A stretch of DNA of 64,000 bases from a virus (lineage: Duplodnaviria > Caudoviricetes): the IMG/VR virus record IMGVR_UViG_3300021387_000110, positions 3,130-67,129 of that record; one strand, 5' to 3'. Position numbers and translations under genes: made by a program. Numbering within the stretch: position 1 is the stretch's first letter; every line of letters starts with the position of its first letter. Under the pieces are notes generated by a model. That model was not told the DNA's origin, ran no database searches, and was given only the letters and a program-made list of their open reading frames with translations. This document shows, piece after piece, positions 36,789-45,335 of this stretch.

Positions 36789-37394
36789 TTAGTCTTCCTG
36801 CGTATAACCATAAAGGTTCAGCTCTGCAACGGCTTCACGGATGTCGTAGAGAACTGCGCCGAAATCCTCATAATCGGCTACAAAAGCTACGCTGAGGTGG
36901 CCCTTATCGTTGAAACGCAGGGTGCCAGCAAGGGCGTGGTTCTTGATAGTCGAGTATGTGTAAATATCAGGCAACGCTGTAATGCGAATGCCGCCGTCGT
37001 CCTTTGTCAGCGTGAGAGCTGCCAGCTCGTCAACGTACAGTGTGGTCACGTCGGACTTCTTCGGGTCGTGTGAGAAACGGATGGGACGTACATCCTTTAA
37101 CGCCTCAATGAAGGCATCCACACCTTCGTCACCGTGAGGTGTCTCCTCTTTGACAGGTTCCTCACCGTTAACTTCGCCCATCGCAGGCTCAACAGCTGCC
37201 TGCCTCTCGGTGGGCTCTTCGGTAGACTTACGCCAATTACTCTTAAATGAGCCGAACGAAATCGGGAAGATGTCTCCCTTTTCGTCTTTCATAAGGTACT
37301 GACGCTTGCTCTCGTCAATCTCAACGAGAAGTCCCTGCTTTCTGCTCTTGCGGTTCTCGTACATCTGGCCAATCTTGCCACGTACATCACTCAT
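36789..37394 (-). CDS. Hypothetical protein
   Basis: AGGAGG RBS after promoter 37458. Confidence 0.75.
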   Translation of the reverse strand: MSDVRGKIGQMYENRKSRKQGLLVEIDESKRQYLMKDEKGDIFPISFGSFKSNWRKSTEEPTERQAAVEPAMGEVNGEEPVKEETPHGDEGVDAFIEALKDVRPIRFSHDPKKSDVTTLYVDELAALTLTKDDGGIRITALPDIYTYSTIKNHALAGTLRFNDKGHLSVAFVADYEDFGAVLYDIREAVAELNLYGYTQED

Positions 37395-37457
37395 AATAGT
37401 GTCCTCCTTTGTATCTTTTTGGTCTGAGTGTCGTGTACTCTTTTTAAGTACAAATAT

Positions 37458-37486
37458 AGTATAACATATTTTAATAGCCTTTGCAA
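37458..37486 (-). promoter_or_regulatory. sigmaA-type promoter, same family
   Basis: TTGCAA-17-TATACT, AAATATGTTATACTATATT. Confidence 0.8.
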
Positions 37487-37494
37487 CTGGCTGT

Positions 37495-38451
37495 CTAAAA
37501 TATTTCTTCCAGGCTATCGAACTCTTCCTTGGTCAAGTCATTTATATCCTTCTTACCTTCGGGAAATACTATCTGGGTAATAATCTTTCCTCTGACGTAC
37601 TTCCGTATTCTCTTTCTGGCCATTCTACCAGCTTCATCATTATCGGTGGCTAATATCAAATGACGGCAGGGCATTTGACTGAGCTGGACCATCTGCATAG
37701 AGTTGCCGAGTCCATTCAAGGCTACTGCGTACTTTCCATACACCCAGCAAGTGATGGCGTCAATCATACTTTCGCACACGATAACCTCATTAGGGAATTT
37801 ATCAAGCTGGTACAACTCATACAAACCATATACCGGCTTAGTAACACCCTCAGGATAATTGAAAAACTTTGTATTTACGCTACGGCGAGCAACGAACAAG
37901 CACACACCCTTGCGGTCCCGTACTGGAAACGTGATTGATTGCGTTTTCTTGTCATAGCCAATATCAAATATGTCTACAACTTCGGGCGTCATACGCCGTC
38001 TCCACATATACGGATGATACACTCTATAACTATCCAATTCTTCCTCAGTTACTTTAGGCACATCAGATACAGTCCGATTAGTACCACGACTAAAATCAAG
38101 TGAAACATCTTTCCTCTCCTCTACTCTTACTGTGAGGAAGTTTTTGAGAATCCAATTCCACCCAAATGCACCTATCATATCATCGTGTCGGCCAAAACAA
38201 TAAGAGATTACTTCCTGCAATTCGTGAACTTCTCCACAGGTAAAACAATGGAACTGCCCGTCAAGTTTTCTCAAACCCGCCGACGGCTTTCTCTCTTGAC
38301 CATTCTTATGATACGGGCAAGTTACCATTATATTATTCGGAGTGTCCTTAATGTCTTTCAGCAGATTAACACCGTTCGCCCTGAGCTGTGTCCTCAACTC
38401 ATACAATATATCACTGAGGTCTGCATTAACGGGTATATCATTTATCAGCAT
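37495..38451 (-). CDS. dnaG: DNA primase (zinc finger + TOPRIM)
   Basis: CPYH...HCFTC; VCESMIDA; LATDNDEAG; KDIND. Confidence 0.92.
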   Translation of the reverse strand: MLINDIPVNADLSDILYELRTQLRANGVNLLKDIKDTPNNIMVTCPYHKNGQERKPSAGLRKLDGQFHCFTCGEVHELQEVISYCFGRHDDMIGAFGWNWILKNFLTVRVEERKDVSLDFSRGTNRTVSDVPKVTEEELDSYRVYHPYMWRRRMTPEVVDIFDIGYDKKTQSITFPVRDRKGVCLFVARRSVNTKFFNYPEGVTKPVYGLYELYQLDKFPNEVIVCESMIDAITCWVYGKYAVALNGLGNSMQMVQLSQMPCRHLILATDNDEAGRMARKRIRKYVRGKIITQIVFPEGKKDINDLTKEEFDSLEEIF

Positions 38452-39749
38452 TAGAACACATCTTCCTTATCCACATACTTCTTTTTCATTTCATCCACCT
38501 TACGCTCTGTAACCTCAGGCGCTTCGGCGTCATCATAACTGGGCACAAACTGAAATTCGCCTACATTGATGTCCCAGTTATATGTCAGCTTACCGCCCAC
38601 AGGACCGTTACGTTGTTTCTTCACCGTCATATTCAGTATGCCGTGTTCTTTCTGGTGAATGGACAGTATCTTGCTGGCATTGTGAGCTATGCCATCACTA
38701 TCTCTTATACTCTCTAATTCAGGAGTATCATTAGTACCTTTCTCAACTACGCCGCTCCTATTCGCCTGCACTACTACAAGAACAGGCACATTCATTTCGA
38801 TAGACAATTCCATCAAGTCCTCACTTATGTTAGTCAGGCTGGTGGTCTTATTATCGCCCCTCTTATAGCGTTCATCAGAAAGGTATGTAATGCCGTCGAT
38901 AGCAACAGCGTCCAGTTTATACTGCTTTATCCAATTCCGTATCTTGGTAATTGTTATTTTCTTGTCAAAGTCCAGCGGAGTTGATACCACGAACTTATGG
39001 TCATTCTTTTTCAACTCGTCTATATATTCACGATAGCTGTCCTCGTCAATTTCATCTTTACCCCATACAAGACCGTTATTTGAAAAACCTTCATACAGAG
39101 TATCAAAACGATAACCAATACTCTCTGCGGACATTTCGGGTGATATATACCCCACATTAAAGCCTATCTTCCATATATGCTCACACATCTTTGCCAATAT
39201 CCAAGACTTACCTTGATTAGTCCTTGCAAAGATAACGAACAACTCTTCCTTTCTCTGAATACCGTGTATCAATTCATCAAGCTCAGCAAAGCCGCTCGTA
39301 AAGAACCACTGCTCAGGATGTTCCTTACGCTCCAAGAACTGCTCAAATCTGGTCTCGGCTTGTGCGATAATATCAATGCCACCCAAACGATATGATGGCT
39401 GTATATTCTTCATTTCTGATACCAGATACTCCGCTGCCGCATTACTGTCTGTTTTCAGCAACTCCGCAGCCCTCTGAATAATAGGCACAGACTTATAGTA
39501 CAGGTACTCCTCACGGACTGTATCAATTAGATACTGGTCACTCTCGGTGACTTCTACCAACTCCGTCTCGGGAAACTTGGCAAGAAATGTCGCCTTATCA
39601 GGCACGTTACCATACTGTCGCAAATGGTCCTGTATGAACTCATACTCGGCTTCATAACCAACAAAGTATTCTTCCGACAGTAGATTGTCCTCTATGATAG
39701 AGTTATCAGAGGTCGATAATACTTTGGAGATTATCTGTAATGCTACCAT
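38451..39749 (-). CDS. dnaB: Replicative helicase DnaB-like
   Basis: ARTNQGKS Walker A, ISPEMS, AIDGITY, VQANR, KQRNG. Confidence 0.92.
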   Translation of the reverse strand: MVALQIISKVLSTSDNSIIEDNLLSEEYFVGYEAEYEFIQDHLRQYGNVPDKATFLAKFPETELVEVTESDQYLIDTVREEYLYYKSVPIIQRAAELLKTDSNAAAEYLVSEMKNIQPSYRLGGIDIIAQAETRFEQFLERKEHPEQWFFTSGFAELDELIHGIQRKEELFVIFARTNQGKSWILAKMCEHIWKIGFNVGYISPEMSAESIGYRFDTLYEGFSNNGLVWGKDEIDEDSYREYIDELKKNDHKFVVSTPLDFDKKITITKIRNWIKQYKLDAVAIDGITYLSDERYKRGDNKTTSLTNISEDLMELSIEMNVPVLVVVQANRSGVVEKGTNDTPELESIRDSDGIAHNASKILSIHQKEHGILNMTVKKQRNGPVGGKLTYNWDINVGEFQFVPSYDDAEAPEVTERKVDEMKKKYVDKEDVF

Positions 39750-40390
39750 TATCTTTTATCCCTCCCTCGTAGCTCTATTCTTTCAGAGGCATTCCACACT
39801 CTGCTGGCAAGACGAGCGCCGAGGGCTTTCTCAATGCCCGCTTGCTTCAAATTGCCTGTGTATATGTTACTCTTTTGATTTAAGGTTCTTTGGTCAATGA
39901 ACGTGATTAACTGACTGTGGTCATAATTACTCAAATGGGTGCTTGCTATATCATCCCACACCACCACATCTACATTCGGCAATACTTCTTTCAGACGTAC
40001 AATCTCAGGCTTCATAGCCTCAAAATTTTTGGACTCTGAAAGAAACGTGGGTACGTGTACGAATACACCACGACACTTAAAGCCATTGCCCGCCCACACT
40101 CTGTCAAAGTACCTCAGCAACAACTTAATTGCCCAAGATGTCTTGCCATTGCCTGTGCGGTCACTATACAGATACAAGTTTTTCGCATTTTCAACATAGT
40201 TTTCAACATCATCTTTAATGTCCGCAAGCCTGCAAAAGGCGTCATAGTCACATTCATCGGGAGACAAAGTATCAGGAAACCATCGACTTTGTGGCAATCC
40301 GCTCTGCTCCATCATTGAGGTCATTTCAAGGTATCTTATACAACTCTCCGAACACTCCTGATTACAAACACCTTGATACCAACACTTCAT
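39749..40390 (-). CDS. DnaC/IstB-like helicase loader ATPase
   Basis: TGNGKTSWA, VVVWDDI, RLASR. Confidence 0.85.
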   Translation of the reverse strand: MKCWYQGVCNQECSESCIRYLEMTSMMEQSGLPQSRWFPDTLSPDECDYDAFCRLADIKDDVENYVENAKNLYLYSDRTGNGKTSWAIKLLLRYFDRVWAGNGFKCRGVFVHVPTFLSESKNFEAMKPEIVRLKEVLPNVDVVVWDDIASTHLSNYDHSQLITFIDQRTLNQKSNIYTGNLKQAGIEKALGARLASRVWNASERIELRGRDKR

Positions 40391-41265
40391 TAGAAGTCAG
40401 TCCTCCTTCCTCGCTTTCGCAAATTTTCTCTACGGTCCTCTTCTGTATCATCCGCACTCTCACACGATACGCCATCTCCTTCAGAGAAAACGTCTCCGCT
40501 CGGATTAAGTGAATTAAACTCTTTGAATGGGTAAAATGATAGCCACGCTTTTGCCGTACTCTGCAATACAATCTTGACTTTGGTCTTGTCATCTTTCGCC
40601 AGAGTTGACAGAGTATTGAGCAACCCTTTCCATTGATTAACTCCATAAATAGGCTTATCACGAACTGATAAACGGAACTGGAGATAATCTATCAAAACAT
40701 CCTGCAATTCAAGATTTTTGGTATAGAGGAGAATTTCATCCTCACACTTACTATACAAACTCTTTTTAGGAGTTTTTACCTTACGAGCCGATTTATTACT
40801 TCCTAAAAAACTCTCTCGCATTTCAGCAGGACTATAACTATGCTGTTCAAAATCTGATTTGTCCTGCTCGCTCATATTATTTCCATTTATGGAAATAATA
40901 TCCCTATTTACTTCTTTCTTATCTTCTATATTATTAGTACAACTGAGTTGTATAGGGTGTACAACTGAGTTGCATACTATACAACTATACTCACAAAACC
41001 GTACACCGTTCTTCTCGACCTCGAATTTCTCTATATAACCCTTGTCGATAAGGTTTTTCAGGTTCTTTTGCACGCCTTGTTTAGTTGCCCCGCACCAATC
41101 TGCGAGATATTGTAGGCTGCCAGTAAAGCGAGTTTCACCGTCTTGACTGAATCCATAGATGATTGCATAGACCAGCAAGTCATTTCCTTTCAGGTTTAAT
41201 TGTGTTCGCATCCATCCTTGGATAGTAATAAACTGTTCAGCTTGCATATCGGTAAATCTCCTCAT
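40390..41265 (-). CDS. Replication initiator with N-terminal wHTH
   Basis: LLVYAIIYGFSQDG...FTGSLQYLADW...LKNLIDKGYIEK; upstream of loader/helicase; alternative start 41247. Confidence 0.8.
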   Translation of the reverse strand: MRRFTDMQAEQFITIQGWMRTQLNLKGNDLLVYAIIYGFSQDGETRFTGSLQYLADWCGATKQGVQKNLKNLIDKGYIEKFEVEKNGVRFCEYSCIVCNSVVHPIQLSCTNNIEDKKEVNRDIISINGNNMSEQDKSDFEQHSYSPAEMRESFLGSNKSARKVKTPKKSLYSKCEDEILLYTKNLELQDVLIDYLQFRLSVRDKPIYGVNQWKGLLNTLSTLAKDDKTKVKIVLQSTAKAWLSFYPFKEFNSLNPSGDVFSEGDGVSCESADDTEEDRRENLRKRGRRTDF

Positions 41266-41274
41266 AAAAGTAAT

Positions 41275-41317
41275 AAACGCAAGAGAGAAGTGTTGCGGGC
41301 ACTTATCTCTTGCGTTT
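41275..41317 (-). terminator. Long hairpin/terminator between RNA cassette and initiator gene
   Basis: 12-bp AAACGCAAGAGA/TCTCTTGCGTTT plus 5-bp inner stem, followed by T-rich run. Confidence 0.7.
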
Positions 41318-41366
41318 GTGTTGGTTGTATTCTGCGGTGATTGACACCCGCAATGCCAACCAACTG

Positions 41367-41462
41367 TGGATACGATTGCAGGAATCGAACCTGCACAGCC
41401 GGCGGTATGCCTGTATTACATCACTTACTTCCCCCGGAATGCTGCCATTACATCAAATCGTC
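41367..41462 (-). ncRNA. tRNA-shaped RNA (96 nt) with 31-nt loop replacing the anticodon loop
   Basis: Acceptor GACGATT/AATCGTA, D arm ATGT-AATGGCA-GCAT, stem CCGG/CCGG, T arm GCAGG-TTCGATT-CCTGC, encoded CCA. Confidence 0.75.
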
Positions 41463-41537
41463 TGGTTGCGGAGAGGGGACTCGAACCCCCGACATCTTGG
41501 TTATGAGCCAAGCGAGCTACCACTGCTCTACCCCGCG
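41463..41537 (-). tRNA. tRNA-Met(CAT), initiator type
   Basis: Full cloverleaf, CAT anticodon, C1:A72 mismatch, A11:U24, encoded CCA. Confidence 0.95.
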
Positions 41538-41542
41538 GTATC

Positions 41543-41617
41543 TAATCGAGAGGCAGCCGCCGACTGCTTTCAACTGATACGGCGCCGTCACGGGAAGATG
41601 TGACGTTCTCTCGATTA
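41543..41617 (-). ncRNA. Multi-branched structured leader of the RNA cassette
   Basis: 10-bp TAATCGAGAG/CTCTCGATTA closing stem, CGTCAC/GTGACG and GCAG/CTGC arms. Confidence 0.55.
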
Positions 41618-41625
41618 CATATATT

Positions 41626-41654
41626 ATTATAGCATACCTCCAGATAAATTGCAA
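41626..41654 (-). promoter_or_regulatory. sigmaA-type promoter of the RNA cassette
   Basis: TTGCAA-17-TATAAT with TGn. Confidence 0.85.
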
Positions 41655-41660
41655 CTGGAA

Positions 41661-41900
41661 TTACAAATTATTTTTCTTTTTCTTGAAGGTATCATAAATA
41701 TCCTCAGCCTGCATATCAACAGTAGCATTGACATCATCAAATAAAGCCTGACGCTCTTTCTCAATGTCCACACCGTCAACATCAGGAATAGCCCTCTCCT
41801 CAGAACATTCTACTGTATAGTAGTTGTCCTTGATTTTGATAGCCACACGACTTGTTGCCGTGATTTTTGTGGTAAAACCTTTGACTTCATAAGCCATCAC
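41661..41900 (-). CDS. Hypothetical protein
   Basis: GAGGTG RBS. Confidence 0.7.
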   Translation of the reverse strand: MMAYEVKGFTTKITATSRVAIKIKDNYYTVECSEERAIPDVDGVDIEKERQALFDDVNATVDMQAEDIYDTFKKKKNNL

Positions 41901-42014
41901 TTACACCTCATTTCTTTTTATTGGACATAATAGCTGCCACGATTATTGTAACAGTAGTTACTAAGGCTCCACATACGGCGCCAAAAATAAATGTGGCAAC
42001 AGGACTTCCGAACA

Positions 42015-42452
42015 TCATTCATTGTCCTCCTTTTTCTGCTTCGCCCTTGACAGGCGCAGAGCGACGGTCTCTTTTTGAGTACGACACTTGCCCAAGTCAA
42101 CCGCGCCTTCGGGCGATAACTCGTGGTCGTACAGATAATCCTCAAGCGCCTGCATATCGACATACTGCTTGGTCTTGATGACCGGTATCTTATGTTTCTT
42201 GGCGACTTCGAGGAGCTTATCCTCATCCCACGTCTCCTTAACCGACACACTTCTGGTGACTGTATAGCCTCCAGCTGTATGCTTTTTCTCGCCGACGTGA
42301 AGTAACAAATCCTTAATTTGCTCTTTCTCCTCGTCAACGATTGCCTTGTAGCTGTCATACTCGCCCTTATTCAAGGCGTACTGAGGTACAAGCTCGTCAA
42401 GTTTCTCCATCGGGTCAATGACGGTTCTCTGCTCAGGATTTTTTCTCGACAT
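42015..42452 (-). CDS. Hypothetical protein (possible Gam/Gp157-like)
   Basis: AGGAGG RBS; helical N-terminus then beta-rich IKTKQYVD segment. Confidence 0.6.
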   Translation of the reverse strand: MSRKNPEQRTVIDPMEKLDELVPQYALNKGEYDSYKAIVDEEKEQIKDLLLHVGEKKHTAGGYTVTRSVSVKETWDEDKLLEVAKKHKIPVIKTKQYVDMQALEDYLYDHELSPEGAVDLGKCRTQKETVALRLSRAKQKKEDNE

Positions 42453-42720
42453 TTTTAGTCCTCCTTAATTTCTTTTGGGTGACATCACCCAGAATGCCGC
42501 CTCTGCCGTGGGGCAGAGAGTTCTTAAATTCAGTAATGGCCCAGATGTCGGACTTATTCCAAAACCGCGTCTGGCGAGGCCCACTCTGCTCATAGTCAGG
42601 CAGCTTTTGTGCCAGAGCGTTCTCAGGATGAAGTGCCTTAAATCTGTACCAATTATTGATTGTCTGTGTAGAGGTGCCTACAAGAAGTGCAACCTCTTCA
42701 ATCCTTAATTTGGCTGACAT
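42433..42720 (-). CDS. HTH DNA-binding protein (MerR/excisionase-like)
   Basis: IEEVALLVGTSTQTINNWYR. Confidence 0.75.
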   Translation of the reverse strand: MSAKLRIEEVALLVGTSTQTINNWYRFKALHPENALAQKLPDYEQSGPRQTRFWNKSDIWAITEFKNSLPHGRGGILGDVTQKKLRRTKNVEKKS

Positions 42721-42731
42721 TTTATCCCTCC

Positions 42732-44420
42732 TTAACTTAATAAGAAATTCAGCAGTTCCATCTTATTACCTGCAATCTTGCCATCGACAAGAGCATCCGC
42801 CATAACGCCTTTCTTTTCCACGATTTCGTGAATACGCTCGTCAATGGTATTCTTACACATAATGGTGATAACTGTAATATTGGACGTAGTGCCTATACGG
42901 TGACACCTATCTATGGCCTGCTGTTTGTTCGCCATAGTCCACGGTTCATCTAAGAACACTACAACAGTTCCCGCGGTGAGTGTAAGTCCAGTTCCCATAG
43001 CACCTATGGTGCCGAGAATGTACTTACACTCCGGGTCAGTCTGAAAGTGATTAACATACGCCTGCCTGTCCACATCATTCGTTTCTCCTGTAATGACGAG
43101 ACCTTTATAGTTCTTCGCCAGACGGTTGTGTACAGGAGTTGTCATCTGTGTCCAGTTGCTGAATATAACCACTTTCTTGTTGTTGGCTACACTCTCCTCA
43201 ACAATTTCTTCCAGACGGTCAATCTTTGCAGATTCGGATATAGTTGAGGAGAGTATGCCTGTATATCCTGTTGCCTGGCGCATCCTGATAAGTTCGGCGA
43301 GAGGGTTATTCGCCATCTTTATCTTGTCGATGTTGGCCTTGATTTCCATAGAAACCTCTTTATATATCTGAGCTTGTTTGGAAGTCATTTCCACATACTC
43401 GTCTATATAGAGCTTTTCAGGTAAGTCAAGTACGTCCTCCTTGCGCCTACGCAACATAATATCATTAAGCTGTTCCTGAAGTTCCCCCAGATTACGGTAG
43501 CCAACTATTTCATAGCCGCCAAAACCACCCATTACGCAGTAATGCTTTTTGAAGGCATAGAATGGATGACGTTCATAACCCAGCCACTTGAGGACTATAT
43601 ACAGGTCGAGAGGTGTATTCATAAGCGGTGTGCCAGTCATAGCAATTCTGCACTGAGGCTGTAACTTCAAAATGCCTTTGCCTTGTTGACTACTCGGGTT
43701 CTTACACTTATGGATTTCATCAATAGCTACCAATGAAATTTCGCCAGACTTACACAGCTCTCCGAGCTTCGCCTGTATAGCATTGTCCCTCAAACTCTCT
43801 ACGTTGGTGATTAAGAAGTATTCAGGAATTTTGTCAAGGTTCTCTAAGTCGGTCAACTTATCTTTTGTAGAGCCAACAGTAATCTTATGGGCTCTGTTCA
43901 TACGCTGACCTAAAATATATCCCTTTTCATTTGAGTGGGTGCGTATCTCTTTCTGCCAGTTCCATTTTAAGCCATTCACGCCGCAGATAATCAGGCAGCG
44001 TTTGTAGCCTTGAGTGAGCTTTTTGGCGCAAGCTATATCAATAACTTGCTTTGTCTTGCCTAAGCCCTGTTCGTCACCGAGCAGCCACCTATCGTGATTG
44101 AGACCATACTGGAATCCTTCAATCTGGTGGTTAAACGGAGTTGTCTTAAACTCGAATCCATCAACCGATTGAACAACCGGTTTCTTTTCAACCAGTTTAT
44201 CTATTTCACCTATAATCTCAATATCGTAGTTAAGCAGACTGTCAACCAAGACGTTGAGTTTCTTTATAGGTATCTCCCACTCTTTTGTATTCTTATCCCA
44301 GTATCTTGAAGGCAAGGCTCTTATCGCTTCGACTACTTTATTATCGTATTCAAAAGCGGCGAATATAGAGTAATCCCCGTTGCATTTCTTTGACTGGGCA
44401 ACTTTTAATTGAATCCTCAT
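42732..44420 (-). CDS. SNF2-family helicase with N-terminal HARP-like domain
   Basis: DEQGLGKT, IDEIH, MTGTP, QAIDRCHRIG; RYWDKNTKEW HARP-like; start refined to MRIQL. Confidence 0.9.
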   Translation of the reverse strand: MRIQLKVAQSKKCNGDYSIFAAFEYDNKVVEAIRALPSRYWDKNTKEWEIPIKKLNVLVDSLLNYDIEIIGEIDKLVEKKPVVQSVDGFEFKTTPFNHQIEGFQYGLNHDRWLLGDEQGLGKTKQVIDIACAKKLTQGYKRCLIICGVNGLKWNWQKEIRTHSNEKGYILGQRMNRAHKITVGSTKDKLTDLENLDKIPEYFLITNVESLRDNAIQAKLGELCKSGEISLVAIDEIHKCKNPSSQQGKGILKLQPQCRIAMTGTPLMNTPLDLYIVLKWLGYERHPFYAFKKHYCVMGGFGGYEIVGYRNLGELQEQLNDIMLRRRKEDVLDLPEKLYIDEYVEMTSKQAQIYKEVSMEIKANIDKIKMANNPLAELIRMRQATGYTGILSSTISESAKIDRLEEIVEESVANNKKVVIFSNWTQMTTPVHNRLAKNYKGLVITGETNDVDRQAYVNHFQTDPECKYILGTIGAMGTGLTLTAGTVVVFLDEPWTMANKQQAIDRCHRIGTTSNITVITIMCKNTIDERIHEIVEKKGVMADALVDGKIAGNKMELLNFLLS

Positions 44421-44481
44421 TTTATCGTTCCTTTCGTTTGTTGTCATTTGTTGTCGGGAGCCTTTGTTTTGCTCTAACAAT

Positions 44482-44510
44482 ATTATATAACACATTTAGC
44501 GAAAAGTCAA
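44482..44510 (-). promoter_or_regulatory. sigmaA-type promoter, same family
   Basis: TTGACT-17-TATAAT, AAATGTGTTATATAATATT. Confidence 0.85.
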
Positions 44511-44609
44511 TAGGTTAGGCAAAACATTTATAAAATATTTTTTAAGCCAAAAGAAAACGACCCAGGGGAACAAGCAAAACCTGAGCCGTTTCCTTAAACA
44601 GAAAGGAGT

Positions 44610-45335
44610 TTATTCTACAACCGATGTGAGAAAATCGGTAAGAATATAACCAGTATAGCAAACGTCATCAATGATGGTGGTAACATACAGATAGACGTTG
44701 CCATCTTTACCGTCATAAGCGCCCGTGCAATTCAGAATAATGCCAGCAGGAATATCTGCGATAGCCTTACTCCTTGCAGAGGCGGTATTTCTCATAGGAG
44801 CTTTTTCGACGGTCATATATAATCCCTTGTACTGTTCATCAGTCTGTTTAGGTTCAGCGGTAGCTGTAACCATAGCCAGCTCGATGGGAGGGATTACTTC
44901 ACGATATTTCGGTACGATGAAGCCGTTAATCGAAACATCCTTAAGAGGAGTTGTGACAACGGTACCATCAAGTACCTCAATTACCTCAATGAGGTCTTCA
45001 CTTACGGTACATACGATACCCAAACGATTGTTGTTGAAGATTACACAATCACCAATCTTCGGGTCACAAATGGGAGTGAAGATACCCATTTCTTCTGCCT
45101 TCTGTTGCATAGCAAACAGAGAGCAGTCAACCGGGAATGACGATACCGCGCCCGCTATAACGAACAGAGCCGAAATAAAGACGTAGGTATAATTGTCATC
45201 ATACTTAACACGACAACCCCTCGGAAGAGGAGTTATCGTATTGTAGCTGTCAATGATGACCTCGTGCGAACCGTCGGCTGAGCTTTTGCCCAACCACTTA
45301 ATCGCAACATCAAGGACAGCCTGACGGGTAACCAT
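44610..45335 (-). CDS. CHAP/NlpC-P60-like protein lacking catalytic Cys/His, with SH3-like C-terminus
   Basis: VAIKWLGK...DGSH..IID.YN...RG..VKYDD family start, but YTY for WCA and RLG for HVG. Confidence 0.65.
   Translation of the reverse strand: MVTRQAVLDVAIKWLGKSSADGSHEVIIDSYNTITPLPRGCRVKYDDNYTYVFISALFVIAGAVSSFPVDCSLFAMQQKAEEMGIFTPICDPKIGDCVIFNNNRLGIVCTVSEDLIEVIEVLDGTVVTTPLKDVSINGFIVPKYREVIPPIELAMVTATAEPKQTDEQYKGLYMTVEKAPMRNTASARSKAIADIPAGIILNCTGAYDGKDGNVYLYVTTIIDDVCYTGYILTDFLTSVVE

Noticed and set aside
42433-42720. Lysogeny module inferred from excisionase-like HTH and Leu762 polymerase
   Set aside because: No integrase, repressor pair or att site seen in the window; lifestyle cannot be called.
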